From assembly GCA_963735805.1 (NCBI GenBank), contig CAVTMK010000001.1, forward strand, positions 320,001 through 384,000: a stretch of 64,000 bases of DNA, read 5' to 3'. The notes under the pieces are model-generated. The model was not told where the DNA came from and did not search any database. It was given only the letters and a program-made list of their open reading frames with translations. Positions 10,515-19,146 of the stretch are shown here, in pieces (within the stretch, counting starts at the first letter, position 1; each line of letters opens with the position of its first letter). The position numbers and the translations under genes were made by a program. This DNA is from an uncultured Verrucomicrobiae bacterium. Lineage in GTDB: Bacteria > Verrucomicrobiota > Verrucomicrobiia > Chthoniobacterales > UBA10450.

Positions 10515-11276
10515 TTAGCTTTGTCGCTGTGGAGGTGGTTTATAGTAAACGTGAAGCGTGACTTTGCTGTCGACCGGCTTGCCGTCGCGAAATGCCGGGA
10601 TGAATTTTGCCCCATTGAAATCAGTCATTGCTGCTTCGCCGAAATTCAGAAACGGAGGTTCCTCGGACAGTACCTGCATGCTTTTCAGATTTCCCGCAGC
10701 GTCGACCTCCGCCTGGAGTTCGACCGCACCGGTCAAGCTCACCGTCGTAGGGACTTGAGGATAGTGCGTCCCCGTGAACTTCGAGTCCTGACCAACAAAC
10801 GGTTGGGGATCGATAAAATCGGTTTCCTTATCTATTTCCGGCAGTTGCTGATTGGCGAAGATGCGCAACCGCGGTTTGCCATTCACTACGGCGAACCTCA
10901 CTGTGCCGTAGAAAACGGCAAGAACCGGTTGATGATTGTGGATCGCTGGAATGAATTTCGTGGTGGCCAGACGTTTTAATACTTCTTTCTCGAGCAGCTC
11001 CGATCCCTTCGTGCCGCGATAAGTCCCGCTCGTCGCAATGTTCCCAGTCGGTGCCACGAGACAGGTAAACATAACCGCAGCGTCTTTTTGCCCCTTCTTA
11101 ATCAAATCGACAGTATCGATTGTGTTGATCAACGAGTTGGGACTTGTTCCGACCAGCGCGGGTCGGAACTCCGGCAGCGCCGGCGTTGGTGTCGGCGTCG
11201 CAGGTTTCTTCGTTTGTGATGATGCAAGGTTCGCGCCGAGAAGCAAACCAATCACACAGTAGGTCCGTAGTCGCAT
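10515..11276 (-). CDS. Exported protein with two TonB C-terminal-like domains
   Basis: Signal peptide, PT-rich linker, two repeats ending KFIPA..(N/D)..PV. Confidence 0.75.
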   Translation of the reverse strand: MRLRTYCVIGLLLGANLASSQTKKPATPTPTPALPEFRPALVGTSPNSLINTIDTVDLIKKGQKDAAVMFTCLVAPTGNIATSGTYRGTKGSELLEKEVLKRLATTKFIPAIHNHQPVLAVFYGTVRFAVVNGKPRLRIFANQQLPEIDKETDFIDPQPFVGQDSKFTGTHYPQVPTTVSLTGAVELQAEVDAAGNLKSMQVLSEEPPFLNFGEAAMTDFNGAKFIPAFRDGKPVDSKVTLHVYYKPPPQRQS

Positions 11277-11324
11277 GGCGGAATAGGCAAGCAAAACGCG
11301 GCGCTTTTGCAAGGAGAACTGAAT

Positions 11325-12953
11325 CTATGCCGCGACGGGCATCTGGTTCACCGCCGCGATTCGGTGCACAATTTTATGACGTTGGAAATAAGCAATGAGC
11401 GCATCACGGGTTTGCACAGGATGCCGAATGGAATTGGACTCCGGTCGGTCGAGGAACGCGCGTAATTTCATGAAATGATGGCCGCCGCTGCGTGCGTCGA
11501 AACTGTTAAACGCTATGGCGTATTTCTTGTTGCGATCCAGGGGCTCCCCGCTAGACAGCGTCATCGAGACGATTCGACAGCCGTCGCCGCGACCTTCTGC
11601 CTTCACGTCAAACCCAAGAAGGTTGCGCTTCTCGTGGCTGCCGAACACTTCCTCCATCGCAATTTTTATTTCCTGAGGCGAGAGGCGCGCTGTCACGATG
11701 TAGTTTTCGAACGGAATCACATTCCAGATATCGTTGACTGTTTTGGGCCCGGCGACCAAATCGGATTTGTCATCGAATGTTCCGTGCATGACACCACTAA
11801 CGGGTATATGTCGGTCCAGCAACGTTTCCATTATCGCCGTCCCGATCAGCATCTCCACGTCGCTCGGTCGACCGGGGGCACTTCGTCCTCGCAGCGTCTC
11901 GGCAACGTCGCCGATCGGATCGGACAACGTCTCCTCCGATTCGGCAAGCTGCGATTTTGCTCGTGAAACGATCGCACTATCAAAGGCGACCCGATTGTCC
12001 ATCAACTCGCAGATTGCTGCCCGCTGCAGCAGCTTTTTGGAATTGCGGTCGAATAGAAGGTCGACGCGCCCCACGTGAATCCCGAAATGATCAGCCTGCG
12101 TAAACAACACGCCATTTGTTAGCCGATTCGGAATGTCCTGGTGAGTATGGCCGGCGATAAAGGCTACGATCTCTGGAAATTCAGAAGTTAACGCCATTAC
12201 CGTATTGGCGAAGTCATCACCGCCGGTGCGATTCTTTAGTCCCATGTGACCCGTCACCACTATCGCGTCCGCGCCCTTGCTCTTCGCCCTCGCGATGGCG
12301 CGGCGAACGACCTCGACGGGGTGCCGGAAATCAAGTCCCCGGGTAAATTCCGGCCAAAGCCAAAACTGCATTCCCGGCGTAGTGACCCCGATAATTGCGA
12401 GTTTGATTCCCGCAATCTCCTTCAAGATGAATGGCTGAATTCGTGCAAATGGATGTTTCGCATCTGGCAATTCGCCGGCCAATTTTCCTTCCATTTGCAT
12501 GTTCGCTCCAAGAACCGGCATGTTTGATTGTTGCAATGCGTGCTGAAAGCATTCCATCCCCCAATCGAATTCATGATTGCCGACGACCCAGGCGTCGTAT
12601 TCGAGATGATTGAGCAGATCGATCATCAGCGCGCCATTGTTGCGGAGACTTACATCGGTGCCCTGATACACGTCGCCGACGTCGATCAGGATCGAGTTTG
12701 GATTTTCCTGCCTCCAGCGTTTGATTTGTGTCGCGCAGCGCGCCAATCCGCCGCGATCTGGGCTTCCATCGTAGTCGAAGGTTGGCAAAATATGGCCGTG
12801 CAAATCCGTCGTGTGGAGGATTGAAATACAAACCGCGTCGGGGTTGAGAGCGGCAGCAGCGCTGGCGAGAGTCGGAACAGCGCTGACCAGCCCCGCTTGA
12901 CCGGCGAGTTTCAAAAACTTCCGCCTGCTCCAGGATGTGTGCGCGTCAAACAT
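11325..12953 (-). CDS. Tat-exported bifunctional metallophosphatase / 5'-nucleotidase
   Basis: SRRKFLK Tat motif; HTTDLHG, GD, GNHEFD and GHTH motifs; C-terminal 5'-NT domain. Confidence 0.9.
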   Translation of the reverse strand: MFDAHTSWSRRKFLKLAGQAGLVSAVPTLASAAAALNPDAVCISILHTTDLHGHILPTFDYDGSPDRGGLARCATQIKRWRQENPNSILIDVGDVYQGTDVSLRNNGALMIDLLNHLEYDAWVVGNHEFDWGMECFQHALQQSNMPVLGANMQMEGKLAGELPDAKHPFARIQPFILKEIAGIKLAIIGVTTPGMQFWLWPEFTRGLDFRHPVEVVRRAIARAKSKGADAIVVTGHMGLKNRTGGDDFANTVMALTSEFPEIVAFIAGHTHQDIPNRLTNGVLFTQADHFGIHVGRVDLLFDRNSKKLLQRAAICELMDNRVAFDSAIVSRAKSQLAESEETLSDPIGDVAETLRGRSAPGRPSDVEMLIGTAIMETLLDRHIPVSGVMHGTFDDKSDLVAGPKTVNDIWNVIPFENYIVTARLSPQEIKIAMEEVFGSHEKRNLLGFDVKAEGRGDGCRIVSMTLSSGEPLDRNKKYAIAFNSFDARSGGHHFMKLRAFLDRPESNSIRHPVQTRDALIAYFQRHKIVHRIAAVNQMPVAA

Positions 12954-13060
12954 CGCCTATTTCAACAGGCATACATACTACTCCCTCACCGCCCAGTATC
13001 TCAATGAAAATGCTGAGACTCAGCAACTTGACCGTGAGACTGTTTCGCTGACACTTTCTC

Positions 13061-14440
13061 ATGCTTGACGAAAAAGCGATTGCCGATTTCAAGACGAACC
13101 TGCGCGGACGACTAATCGAGCCGGGCGACAAAGATTACGATGAAGCCCGCAAGGTGCACAACGGAATGATTCACAAAAAGCCTCGGCTCATCGCCCGTTG
13201 TAGCGATGTCGCCGACGTCATTAATTCCGTAAACTTCGCGAGAGAAAATAATCTTCTTGTCTCAATCCGCGGTGGTGGACATAACGCGGGAGGATTGGGA
13301 GTTTGCGATGACGGGTTAGTCATCGAGCTCAGCCCGATAAAATATACGCGGGTCGATCCAGCAGCGCGCACGGTCACTGTCGGAGGTGGATGCACATGGG
13401 GCGATGTCGATCACGCGACGCACGTGTTTGGGCTCGCGACGCCTAGCGGAATCATTTCCACTACCGGTGTCGGCGGATTGACCCTTGGCGGCGGAGTGGG
13501 ACATCTCACACGTAAATGTGGGTTGAGCATCGATAACCTCCTCTCAGCTGATGTTGTATTGGCCAATGGCAATTTCGTTAAAGCCAACGCCGATGAAAAT
13601 CCCGATTTGTACTGGGCGCTTCGCGGCGGCGGCGGAAATTTCGGCGTGGTAACGTCATTGACTTTCAAGCTGCATCCGATCGACATGATCTATGGCGGAC
13701 CGATGCTGTATGAATTGAGCAACACAGCCGACGTAATGAAATGGTATCGCGACTTTATTCCAGCAGCGCCTGATGATCTAAGCGGCTTTTTCGCTTTTCT
13801 CACGGTCCCGCCGGTTGCGCCTTTCCCGGAACATCTGCACATGAAGAAAATGTGCGGCATTGTGTGGTCGTATGTGGGAGCACAGGAGAAGGCAGAGGAA
13901 ACCTTCAAACCGATTCGCGCTTTTAAGAAGGCTGCTCTCGATTTTGTAGGTCCCCTGCCGCAACCGGCCCTTCAAAGCATGTTCGATGCGCTGTATCCTC
14001 CGGGTTTGCAGTGGTACTGGCGCGCCGATTTCGTCAATGAGCTGAGCGATGATGCCATTAAGCAACACATTCGCTTTGGTGAAGCGCTTCCAACCATGCA
14101 TTCCACCATGCATATGTATCCCATCGATGGAGCTGCATCCCGGGTTGGCAAGGGCGATACGGCCTGGAATTATCGGGACGCCCAATGGGCGCAGGTGATC
14201 GTCGGCGTTGATCCTGACCCAGCAAACAAGGATAAAATCGTTTCATGGACGAAGAGTTACTACGATGCCGTTCATCCATATTCCGCCGGCGGCGCATACG
14301 TAAATTTTTTGATGGGCGATGAAGGCGAAGACCGCGTGAAAAAAACCTACGGCGACAATTATCGGCGGCTTGCCACGACTAAGAAGAAATACGATCCGGA
14401 CAATTTCTTCCGCGTGAACCAAAATATTAAGCCGAGCTAG
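13061..14440 (+). CDS. FAD-binding oxidoreductase (berberine-bridge-enzyme-like)
   Basis: RGGGHN, LRGGGGNFGVV, AYVNF and KYDPDNFF motifs. Confidence 0.93.
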   Translation: MLDEKAIADFKTNLRGRLIEPGDKDYDEARKVHNGMIHKKPRLIARCSDVADVINSVNFARENNLLVSIRGGGHNAGGLGVCDDGLVIELSPIKYTRVDPAARTVTVGGGCTWGDVDHATHVFGLATPSGIISTTGVGGLTLGGGVGHLTRKCGLSIDNLLSADVVLANGNFVKANADENPDLYWALRGGGGNFGVVTSLTFKLHPIDMIYGGPMLYELSNTADVMKWYRDFIPAAPDDLSGFFAFLTVPPVAPFPEHLHMKKMCGIVWSYVGAQEKAEETFKPIRAFKKAALDFVGPLPQPALQSMFDALYPPGLQWYWRADFVNELSDDAIKQHIRFGEALPTMHSTMHMYPIDGAASRVGKGDTAWNYRDAQWAQVIVGVDPDPANKDKIVSWTKSYYDAVHPYSAGGAYVNFLMGDEGEDRVKKTYGDNYRRLATTKKKYDPDNFFRVNQNIKPS

Positions 14441-14521
14441 TTGTAGCGGCGCGCGCACGGATCGGGAAAAACACAGGCGCCCACCGCGGCCGACGCCTCG
14501 AGAACGAAGGAACCAGGGTTC

Positions 14522-15034
14522 ATGACAGCTGACGAGCTAAGATTGTCACAAGCACCGTTCAAGGCGAAGTATCGAGACCGTCCTGAAACGGCGCTTGTGA
14601 CTTTGCATGCGGAAGGTCGAGTCGGCGAAAATATCACCTGTAAAATCGAAACGGGAAAAGGCCGTGTCGAAACCGGGCTTCATCCGGCGACTGGCGGCGA
14701 TGGAAAAAGCGCGTGCTCAGCCGACATGCTGCTCGAAGCTCTGGTTGGGTGCGCAGGCGTCACCTTAAGCGCTGTCGCAACCGCTTTAAACATCCCGTTA
14801 CGCGGTGCGAAAATCCTAGCAGAAGGCGATCTAGATTTTCGCGGTACCCTCGGAGTTTCCAAAGATGTGCCAGTTGGTTTCAAAGAAATCCGACTCAATT
14901 TCGATTTAGATGCCGACGCGAGTGAAGAACAGCTCGCCACATTGATCCGACTGACAGAACGGTACTGTGTTGTCTATCAAACACTAAGCCAGCCGGCGAA
15001 CATCCACGTTTTGCATCGCCTGATATCGCGCTAA
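14522..15034 (+). CDS. OsmC family protein
   Basis: EALVGCAGVT, GDLDFRGTLG and TERYCVV motifs. Confidence 0.88.
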   Translation: MTADELRLSQAPFKAKYRDRPETALVTLHAEGRVGENITCKIETGKGRVETGLHPATGGDGKSACSADMLLEALVGCAGVTLSAVATALNIPLRGAKILAEGDLDFRGTLGVSKDVPVGFKEIRLNFDLDADASEEQLATLIRLTERYCVVYQTLSQPANIHVLHRLISR

Positions 15035-15045
15035 AATCTCCCCGT

Positions 15046-15882
15046 ATGCCGTTATACATGGACATTCACAATCTCCCGGAGGGAACGACTCCGGAAGATA
15101 TCGCGAAAGCCCACGCGAAGGATATGGAAACCCAGCGCAAATATGGCGTTGAGTACACCAAATATTGGATGAACGAGGGTGGACGGAAGGTCTTCTGCCT
15201 CTGCCATGCGCCAAACGCGGAAGCGGCAGAATGTGTACATCGTGAAGCACACGGGATGGCCGCGGAGAAGATTATTGAAATACAGCCCGAAGTAGCAGAA
15301 GGATTTTTCGGTAGTTCGGAAACGAATGGGGCAGGTGCGGTGGTGTTGCCGGGCGGGGGAGTTGATGCGCGCGATCCTGGAATCCGAACCGTTCTTTTCA
15401 CGGACGTTGTAAATTCCACGACGTTGACTCAATCGCTCGGTGACGAGGCGGCGCTCGCAATCCTCGGCGTGCATGACACGATTGTGCGGGACGCCTTGTC
15501 CGCCCTTGGCGGCCGCGAGATCAAGCATACTGGCGACGGGATCATGGCGTCCTTCATCTCCACAGCTGGCGCCGTTCGTTGCGCAATCCAGGTCCAGCGT
15601 GAGTTAGACAAACACGCAAAAACGAATCCCAAGGGCGCGCTCAAGGTTCGAGTCGGTGCCGCAGCGGGCGAACCTGTCGAGCAACACAATGATCTGTTTG
15701 GATCGACAGTTCAGCTGGCCTCCCGCTTATGTGCTCACGCGCAACCGGAACAAATCCTCGTATCGAACGCAATCGCCGAGTTATGTCTCGGAAAAGGCTT
15801 CCTCTTCGAAGATCTCGGCGAAATCATGCTCAAAGGCTTTGGTTCCCCGGTCCGCGCCCACGCCGCGGCATGGAAGCAGTGA
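15046..15882 (+). CDS. DUF4242 (SCO4226-like) domain fused to a class III adenylate/guanylate cyclase
   Basis: YMDIH...AHAKD...FCLCHAP...VHREAHG N-domain; FTDVVNST, KHTGDG and DLFG...ASRL cyclase motifs. Confidence 0.88.
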   Translation: MPLYMDIHNLPEGTTPEDIAKAHAKDMETQRKYGVEYTKYWMNEGGRKVFCLCHAPNAEAAECVHREAHGMAAEKIIEIQPEVAEGFFGSSETNGAGAVVLPGGGVDARDPGIRTVLFTDVVNSTTLTQSLGDEAALAILGVHDTIVRDALSALGGREIKHTGDGIMASFISTAGAVRCAIQVQRELDKHAKTNPKGALKVRVGAAAGEPVEQHNDLFGSTVQLASRLCAHAQPEQILVSNAIAELCLGKGFLFEDLGEIMLKGFGSPVRAHAAAWKQ

Positions 15883-15904
15883 ATTAGACGAAAAATAATT
15901 CGCG

Positions 15905-15939
15905 ATGTTTTACGAACTTTCGCCTAATCATAGTGAGGC
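15905..15939 (+). other. Putative attI-like recombination site at the head of the cassette array
   Basis: GCCTAAT-CATA-GTGAGGC inverted simple site directly before cassette 1; the core is one mismatch from the complement of the first attC R'' (GCCTAAC). Confidence 0.4.
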
Positions 15940-15951
15940 GTCTGACACGCC

Positions 15952-16408
15952 ATGACCTGGCTAATCTCACTTTGTTTTCGCGATCGCCGCCGCGATCTGT
16001 GCATTTTTTCGGCCCGTTTGGGCATGGTGCATCATTGCCCCACCGGAACTCTTTTTACTCTGGATGGCCTTCTCGTTATTCAGGCGTAGGTATCGAGAGC
16101 TGCCCATGCTCTCCCCGGACGCACAGACACTCTTCCAGCAGTATCCGCACTATTATTCCATGCCATTTGCCTGCAGTGATTTTGGTTCCGCTGCCGTCTA
16201 TCTCCAGTTTACGGGGATCGCGTTACTCATCATTGGACTTTTCAAGGGATTTTGGTGGGGCATCGCCATTGGCATTCTCAACACCGTTTTGATGGCCTTC
16301 TTAGCCTTTCGCTTCGATCCCAGACCTTATATCAGAGGCCAGTATCAGATCGCAGCACATCAAGAACTCATGAGCTATGTGTCTCCTGACACCAAGGCCG
16401 ACGCCTAA
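15952..16408 (+). pseudogene. Cassette 1: membrane protein with a +1 frameshift near 15971-15978 (possibly a sequencing error)
   Basis: Removing one T joins MTWLISL to VFAIAAAICAFFRPVWAW...MAFSLFRR (ORF 16064-16408); stop lies in the attC R''. Confidence 0.65.
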
Positions 16409-16528
16409 CCAGACGCTCCAGCCAACCGCTCTTTGGCGTTGCGCGTCGATGTCGATCTTGATTAATGTATTCTCAACTGTTAGTCGGCCTCGCTCCCAGA
16501 GCGGTGGCTGAGCTCCATGTCGTTAGAT
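16403..16528 (+). other. attC site 1
   Basis: GCCTAAC-CAGAC-GCTCCAGC-CAACCGCTCT ... AGAGCGGTG-GCTGAGC-TCCATGTC-GTTAGAT, with the two typical unpaired bases. Confidence 0.93.
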
Positions 16529-16536
16529 GTAACCGC

Positions 16537-16854
16537 ATGTCACGGATACTCCTCACGCTTGCGAGCACTGTGCTTTGCTCTACGATGGCACACGCCAAGA
16601 CTTCTGAGGTGTCACTCTCGGGCGGTGATGGCTCGTCGTTCGCAAAAGCAATTGTGGTCAAAGCGCCCACTGACCACGCGGGTGTCAACGCGCAGCATGA
16701 CTATATAGGCAAACACTTCGGGAAGTGGCGTACTATCGGCGTGCAGTCTGTTGAGCATAATAAACGGCTCTTCGACATCATGACTTTTACCACCGCTAAT
16801 GGAAAGAAACATACGCTATACTTCGATATCACGGATTACTACGGCAAGTTGTGA
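16537..16854 (+). CDS. Cassette 2: small secreted hypothetical protein
   Basis: Signal peptide (…TMAHA); GGDGSSFAKAIV...YFDITDYYGK; lies between attC sites. Confidence 0.8.
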   Translation: MSRILLTLASTVLCSTMAHAKTSEVSLSGGDGSSFAKAIVVKAPTDHAGVNAQHDYIGKHFGKWRTIGVQSVEHNKRLFDIMTFTTANGKKHTLYFDITDYYGKL

Positions 16855-16866
16855 TGGCACAAAAAC

Positions 16867-16989
16867 ATCTAACAAACGCTGCAGCCGACGGCTACCCGCT
16901 GTGCGTCCAGCTTTTATCATGATTAAAACAGTTCTGGAGTTTTTCAGCCGCGCTCCCGGTAGCCGCGGCTGAGCTTTTTCTCGTTAGGC
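16867..16989 (+). other. attC site 2
   Basis: ATCTAAC (complement of the preceding GTTAGAT)...GCTGCAGCCGACGGCTACC ... GGTAGCCGCGGCTGAGC...GTTAGGC. Confidence 0.93.
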
Positions 16990-16991
16990 GT

Positions 16992-17315
16992 ATGAGCGTC
17001 CACGATAGATTCACGTATACGAAGCGCATGATTCTATTCGGCATATTAATTCCGTGGAGCGTTGCTATGATTATCGGCGTTACCGGTGCCGCAGATCACA
17101 GCCGGTTGTTCTCGACCATTGGGGTGATCGCCGTTATGCTGCTCATGTCGGCTATTGGATGCGTTTACCTTTTCGCCTTCCGCTGCCGTCGTTGTCGGAA
17201 GTCCCTCGCGATGATCAGCAACCGCGGCGGTTCGTCATTCCCGCAAGACGTCCGCTACTGCCCGTACTGCGGGTTAGACCTGGAGCTAGAGACCGATGCA
17301 GCGCGAAACGCCTAA
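16992..17315 (+). CDS. Cassette 3: two-TM protein with a C-terminal CxxC...CxxC zinc ribbon
   Basis: CRRC and CPYC motifs; stop lies in the attC R''. Confidence 0.8.
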   Translation: MSVHDRFTYTKRMILFGILIPWSVAMIIGVTGAADHSRLFSTIGVIAVMLLMSAIGCVYLFAFRCRRCRKSLAMISNRGGSSFPQDVRYCPYCGLDLELETDAARNA

Positions 17316-17432
17316 CAAATCGCTGCAGCCGACGGCTACCCGCTGTGCAATCACATTTTTCATGACTAAAACACTAGAGGAGATTTTCACGCTCGCCGCC
17401 GGTAGCCGCGCCTGAGCTCTTTCTCGTTAGGT
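17310..17432 (+). other. attC site 3
   Basis: GCCTAAC...GTTAGGT; arms nearly identical to attC2. Confidence 0.93.
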
Positions 17433-17447
17433 GACTGAACGCGCAGT

Positions 17448-17912
17448 GTGCAAATCGAGCTCCTTGCAGACCGTCCCGAGTTCATCCCCACGCTCGCAGA
17501 GTGGCACTTTCGCGAGTGGGCCTACCTCCGGCCCGGGGATTCTGTGGCGAATCGCGTTCGACTACTGCAGGAGCGCTCAGGCCGCACCGACCTTCCCGTC
17601 ACGTTCGTTGCGTCCTCTCCCACAGGGCTACTCGGCTCGGCCATGCTTATCCACCATGAGATGGACACCCATCCACAGTTCACTCCTTGGCTTGCCGGCG
17701 TTTTCGTTGCTCCGGCCCATCGTGGCCACGGCATTGGGCGCACGCTCGCGGAACATGTCGTGCGCGAGGCTGCAGCGCGCGGTTATTCCACCGTTTATCT
17801 CTTCACGCCCAGCGCTGCGGATTTCTTTTCGCGTCTCGGTTGGAGTATCGTCGAGCACACGCGGTACAAAGGTGCCGATGTCGCTATCATGTCGCACACC
17901 CAACTCGCCTAA
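17448..17912 (+). CDS. Cassette 4: GNAT-family N-acetyltransferase
   Basis: WLAGVFVAPAHRGHGIG acetyl-CoA motif; FFSRLGW. Confidence 0.9.
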   Translation: MQIELLADRPEFIPTLAEWHFREWAYLRPGDSVANRVRLLQERSGRTDLPVTFVASSPTGLLGSAMLIHHEMDTHPQFTPWLAGVFVAPAHRGHGIGRTLAEHVVREAAARGYSTVYLFTPSAADFFSRLGWSIVEHTRYKGADVAIMSHTQLA

Positions 17913-18002
17913 CCAATCGATGAAGCCAACGTCCCCATTACGGGATACGATCAGCGTGTTTGCCACGACACCCTGCCGTGGCTTATCTCTTTCTCGTTAG
18001 GC
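17907..18002 (+). other. attC site 4 (shorter, different family)
   Basis: GCCTAAC-CAATC-GATGAAGCCAACG ... CGTGGCTTATC-TCTTTCTC-GTTAGGC. Confidence 0.9.
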
Positions 18003-18047
18003 CTCATTTTTGTCGCAGACACAGAACAAGACAGATAGAGATTCAAT

Positions 18048-18305
18048 ATGAAACTGAACATTAAATCATTCGCACTGGCTTGTGGCATCGTTTGGGGATT
18101 GGGGCTTTTTCTTCTTACATGGTGGTTCATTGCACTTGATGGAGCGACGGGAGAACCGACATTCATCGGCAAGCTTTATCGCGGTTATACGGTTTCTCCA
18201 ATCGGCAGCGTGATAGGATTGGCATATGCATTCTTCGATGCTTTGATTTGGGGTGCCATATTCGCGTGGCTTTACAACAAATTGGCAGGTCGTGCCGACG
18301 CCTAA
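18048..18305 (+). CDS. Cassette 5: small two-TM membrane protein (holin-like/DUF5676-like)
   Basis: 85 aa; MKLNIKSFALACG...YRGY...GAIFAWLYNKL. Confidence 0.8.
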   Translation: MKLNIKSFALACGIVWGLGLFLLTWWFIALDGATGEPTFIGKLYRGYTVSPIGSVIGLAYAFFDALIWGAIFAWLYNKLAGRADA

Positions 18306-18422
18306 CCAGGCGATGCAGCTAACGCCTTCCCGTACCGCGTTCACATTTCAGTTGCTTAGATTACACTTATTCCAATTTAGTCTCGCTCTCGGAAGGCGTA
18401 GCTTATCTTGTTCTCGTTAGAC
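18300..18422 (+). other. attC site 5
   Basis: GCCTAAC-CAGGC-GATGCAGCTAACGCCTTCC ... GGAAGGCGTAGCTTATC...GTTAGAC. Confidence 0.93.
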
Positions 18423-18452
18423 CTCTTAACACTTAACCAAAATGGCTTAATT

Positions 18453-18833
18453 ATGACTAATCGACTTTCACGGTCTCTTCTAGCGGCATCCGCTGCGGTC
18501 CTGGCTTTTGGGAGCCTGGTGCATGCGGCCTCATTCAACAAAGCGGCGTCGATCGTTGCTTCGTCCAACTTGCCCGTCTACTACGTAAACGTGCTCAAGG
18601 CATTTTGGCTGATGGACTCAGCAACGCTTATTCTTTTGGCTGTTACCTTCGGACTCATCGCGATCAGGCCCAATGTGGCAACGGGATCTGTCATCGCGCT
18701 TTTAGCGCTTATACCTGCTGCTATAGCTGCTCTGCTCTATACGTTTATTGGCATCGTCATACCTGCTCATATCCTCTTAGCCGCGGCAGCAATGGCGCTT
18801 TTTGCCGGGTGGCTGCGTGAACGAAGGGTCTAA
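18453..18833 (+). CDS. Cassette 6: four-TM hypothetical membrane protein
   Basis: Hydrophobic 126-aa ORF; stop lies in the attC R'' (GTCTAAC). Confidence 0.8.
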   Translation: MTNRLSRSLLAASAAVLAFGSLVHAASFNKAASIVASSNLPVYYVNVLKAFWLMDSATLILLAVTFGLIAIRPNVATGSVIALLALIPAAIAALLYTFIGIVIPAHILLAAAAMALFAGWLRERRV

Positions 18834-18951
18834 CCAATCGCTCGAGCCAACCGCTGGCCGTCACGATGCACGCATTTGATTTTATGAAACCGTTCTTCGA
18901 GTTTGCCACGCCGACTATCACCAGCGGTGGCTCATCTTCGTTTCGTTAGGC
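18828..18951 (+). other. attC site 6
   Basis: GTCTAAC (complement of the preceding GTTAGAC)...GCCAACCGCTGG ... CCAGCGGTGGCTCATC...GTTAGGC. Confidence 0.92.
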
Positions 18952-18978
18952 GCTCATCGCAGACTAGGAAGAGACGAC

Positions 18979-19146
18979 ATGAACAAAGGCATTCTTGGCG
19001 TCACCGACGATGATCTGGCGAAAGCTGCCGAGCGCATTCGTGCTACCGGTTATCCGCAGGCTGACGATTTTGCTGCACATAACATCTTGCAACCGCCATC
19101 GGAGGAAGAAATGCTTGAAGCGTTCGGCAAGGCGGAATTGGCGTGA
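18979..19146 (+). CDS. Possible cassette 7: 55-aa acidic hypothetical protein (below the ORF-track size cutoff)
   Basis: Manual translation MNKGILGVTDDDLAKAAERIRATGYPQADD...GKAELA, with AGGAAGAG upstream, directly after attC6. Confidence 0.55.
   Translation: MNKGILGVTDDDLAKAAERIRATGYPQADDFAAHNILQPPSEEEMLEAFGKAELA

Larger units (their letters stand above)
15933..18951 (+). mobile_element. Integron gene-cassette array lacking an integrase (CALIN): 6 attC sites, 6-7 cassettes
   Basis: Short co-oriented ORFs, each followed by an RYYTAAC...GTTAGRY imperfect palindrome; no intI in the window. Confidence 0.95.

Noticed and set aside
15640..15660. GGTTCGAGTC as a tRNA T-loop
   Set aside because: It lies inside the cyclase CDS and has no cloverleaf context.
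16960..16975. GTAGCCGCGG in attC2/attC3 arms as a REP-derived attC
   Set aside because: The match is about 10 bp in GC-rich DNA and is absent from the other four attCs, so it is insufficient evidence.
17431..18000. 189-aa ORF ending NQSMKPT...ATTPCRGLSLSR, and similar ORFs crossing attC sites
   Set aside because: These are shadow frames that translate attC DNA and overlap the real cassette genes.
18048..18305. Prophage inferred from a holin-like gene
   Set aside because: It is a single integron cassette with no other phage genes nearby.
16403..18951. Regularly recurring repeats as a CRISPR array
   Set aside because: The units are ~100-125 bp imperfect palindromes separated by whole ORFs and have attC boxes; no cas genes are present.
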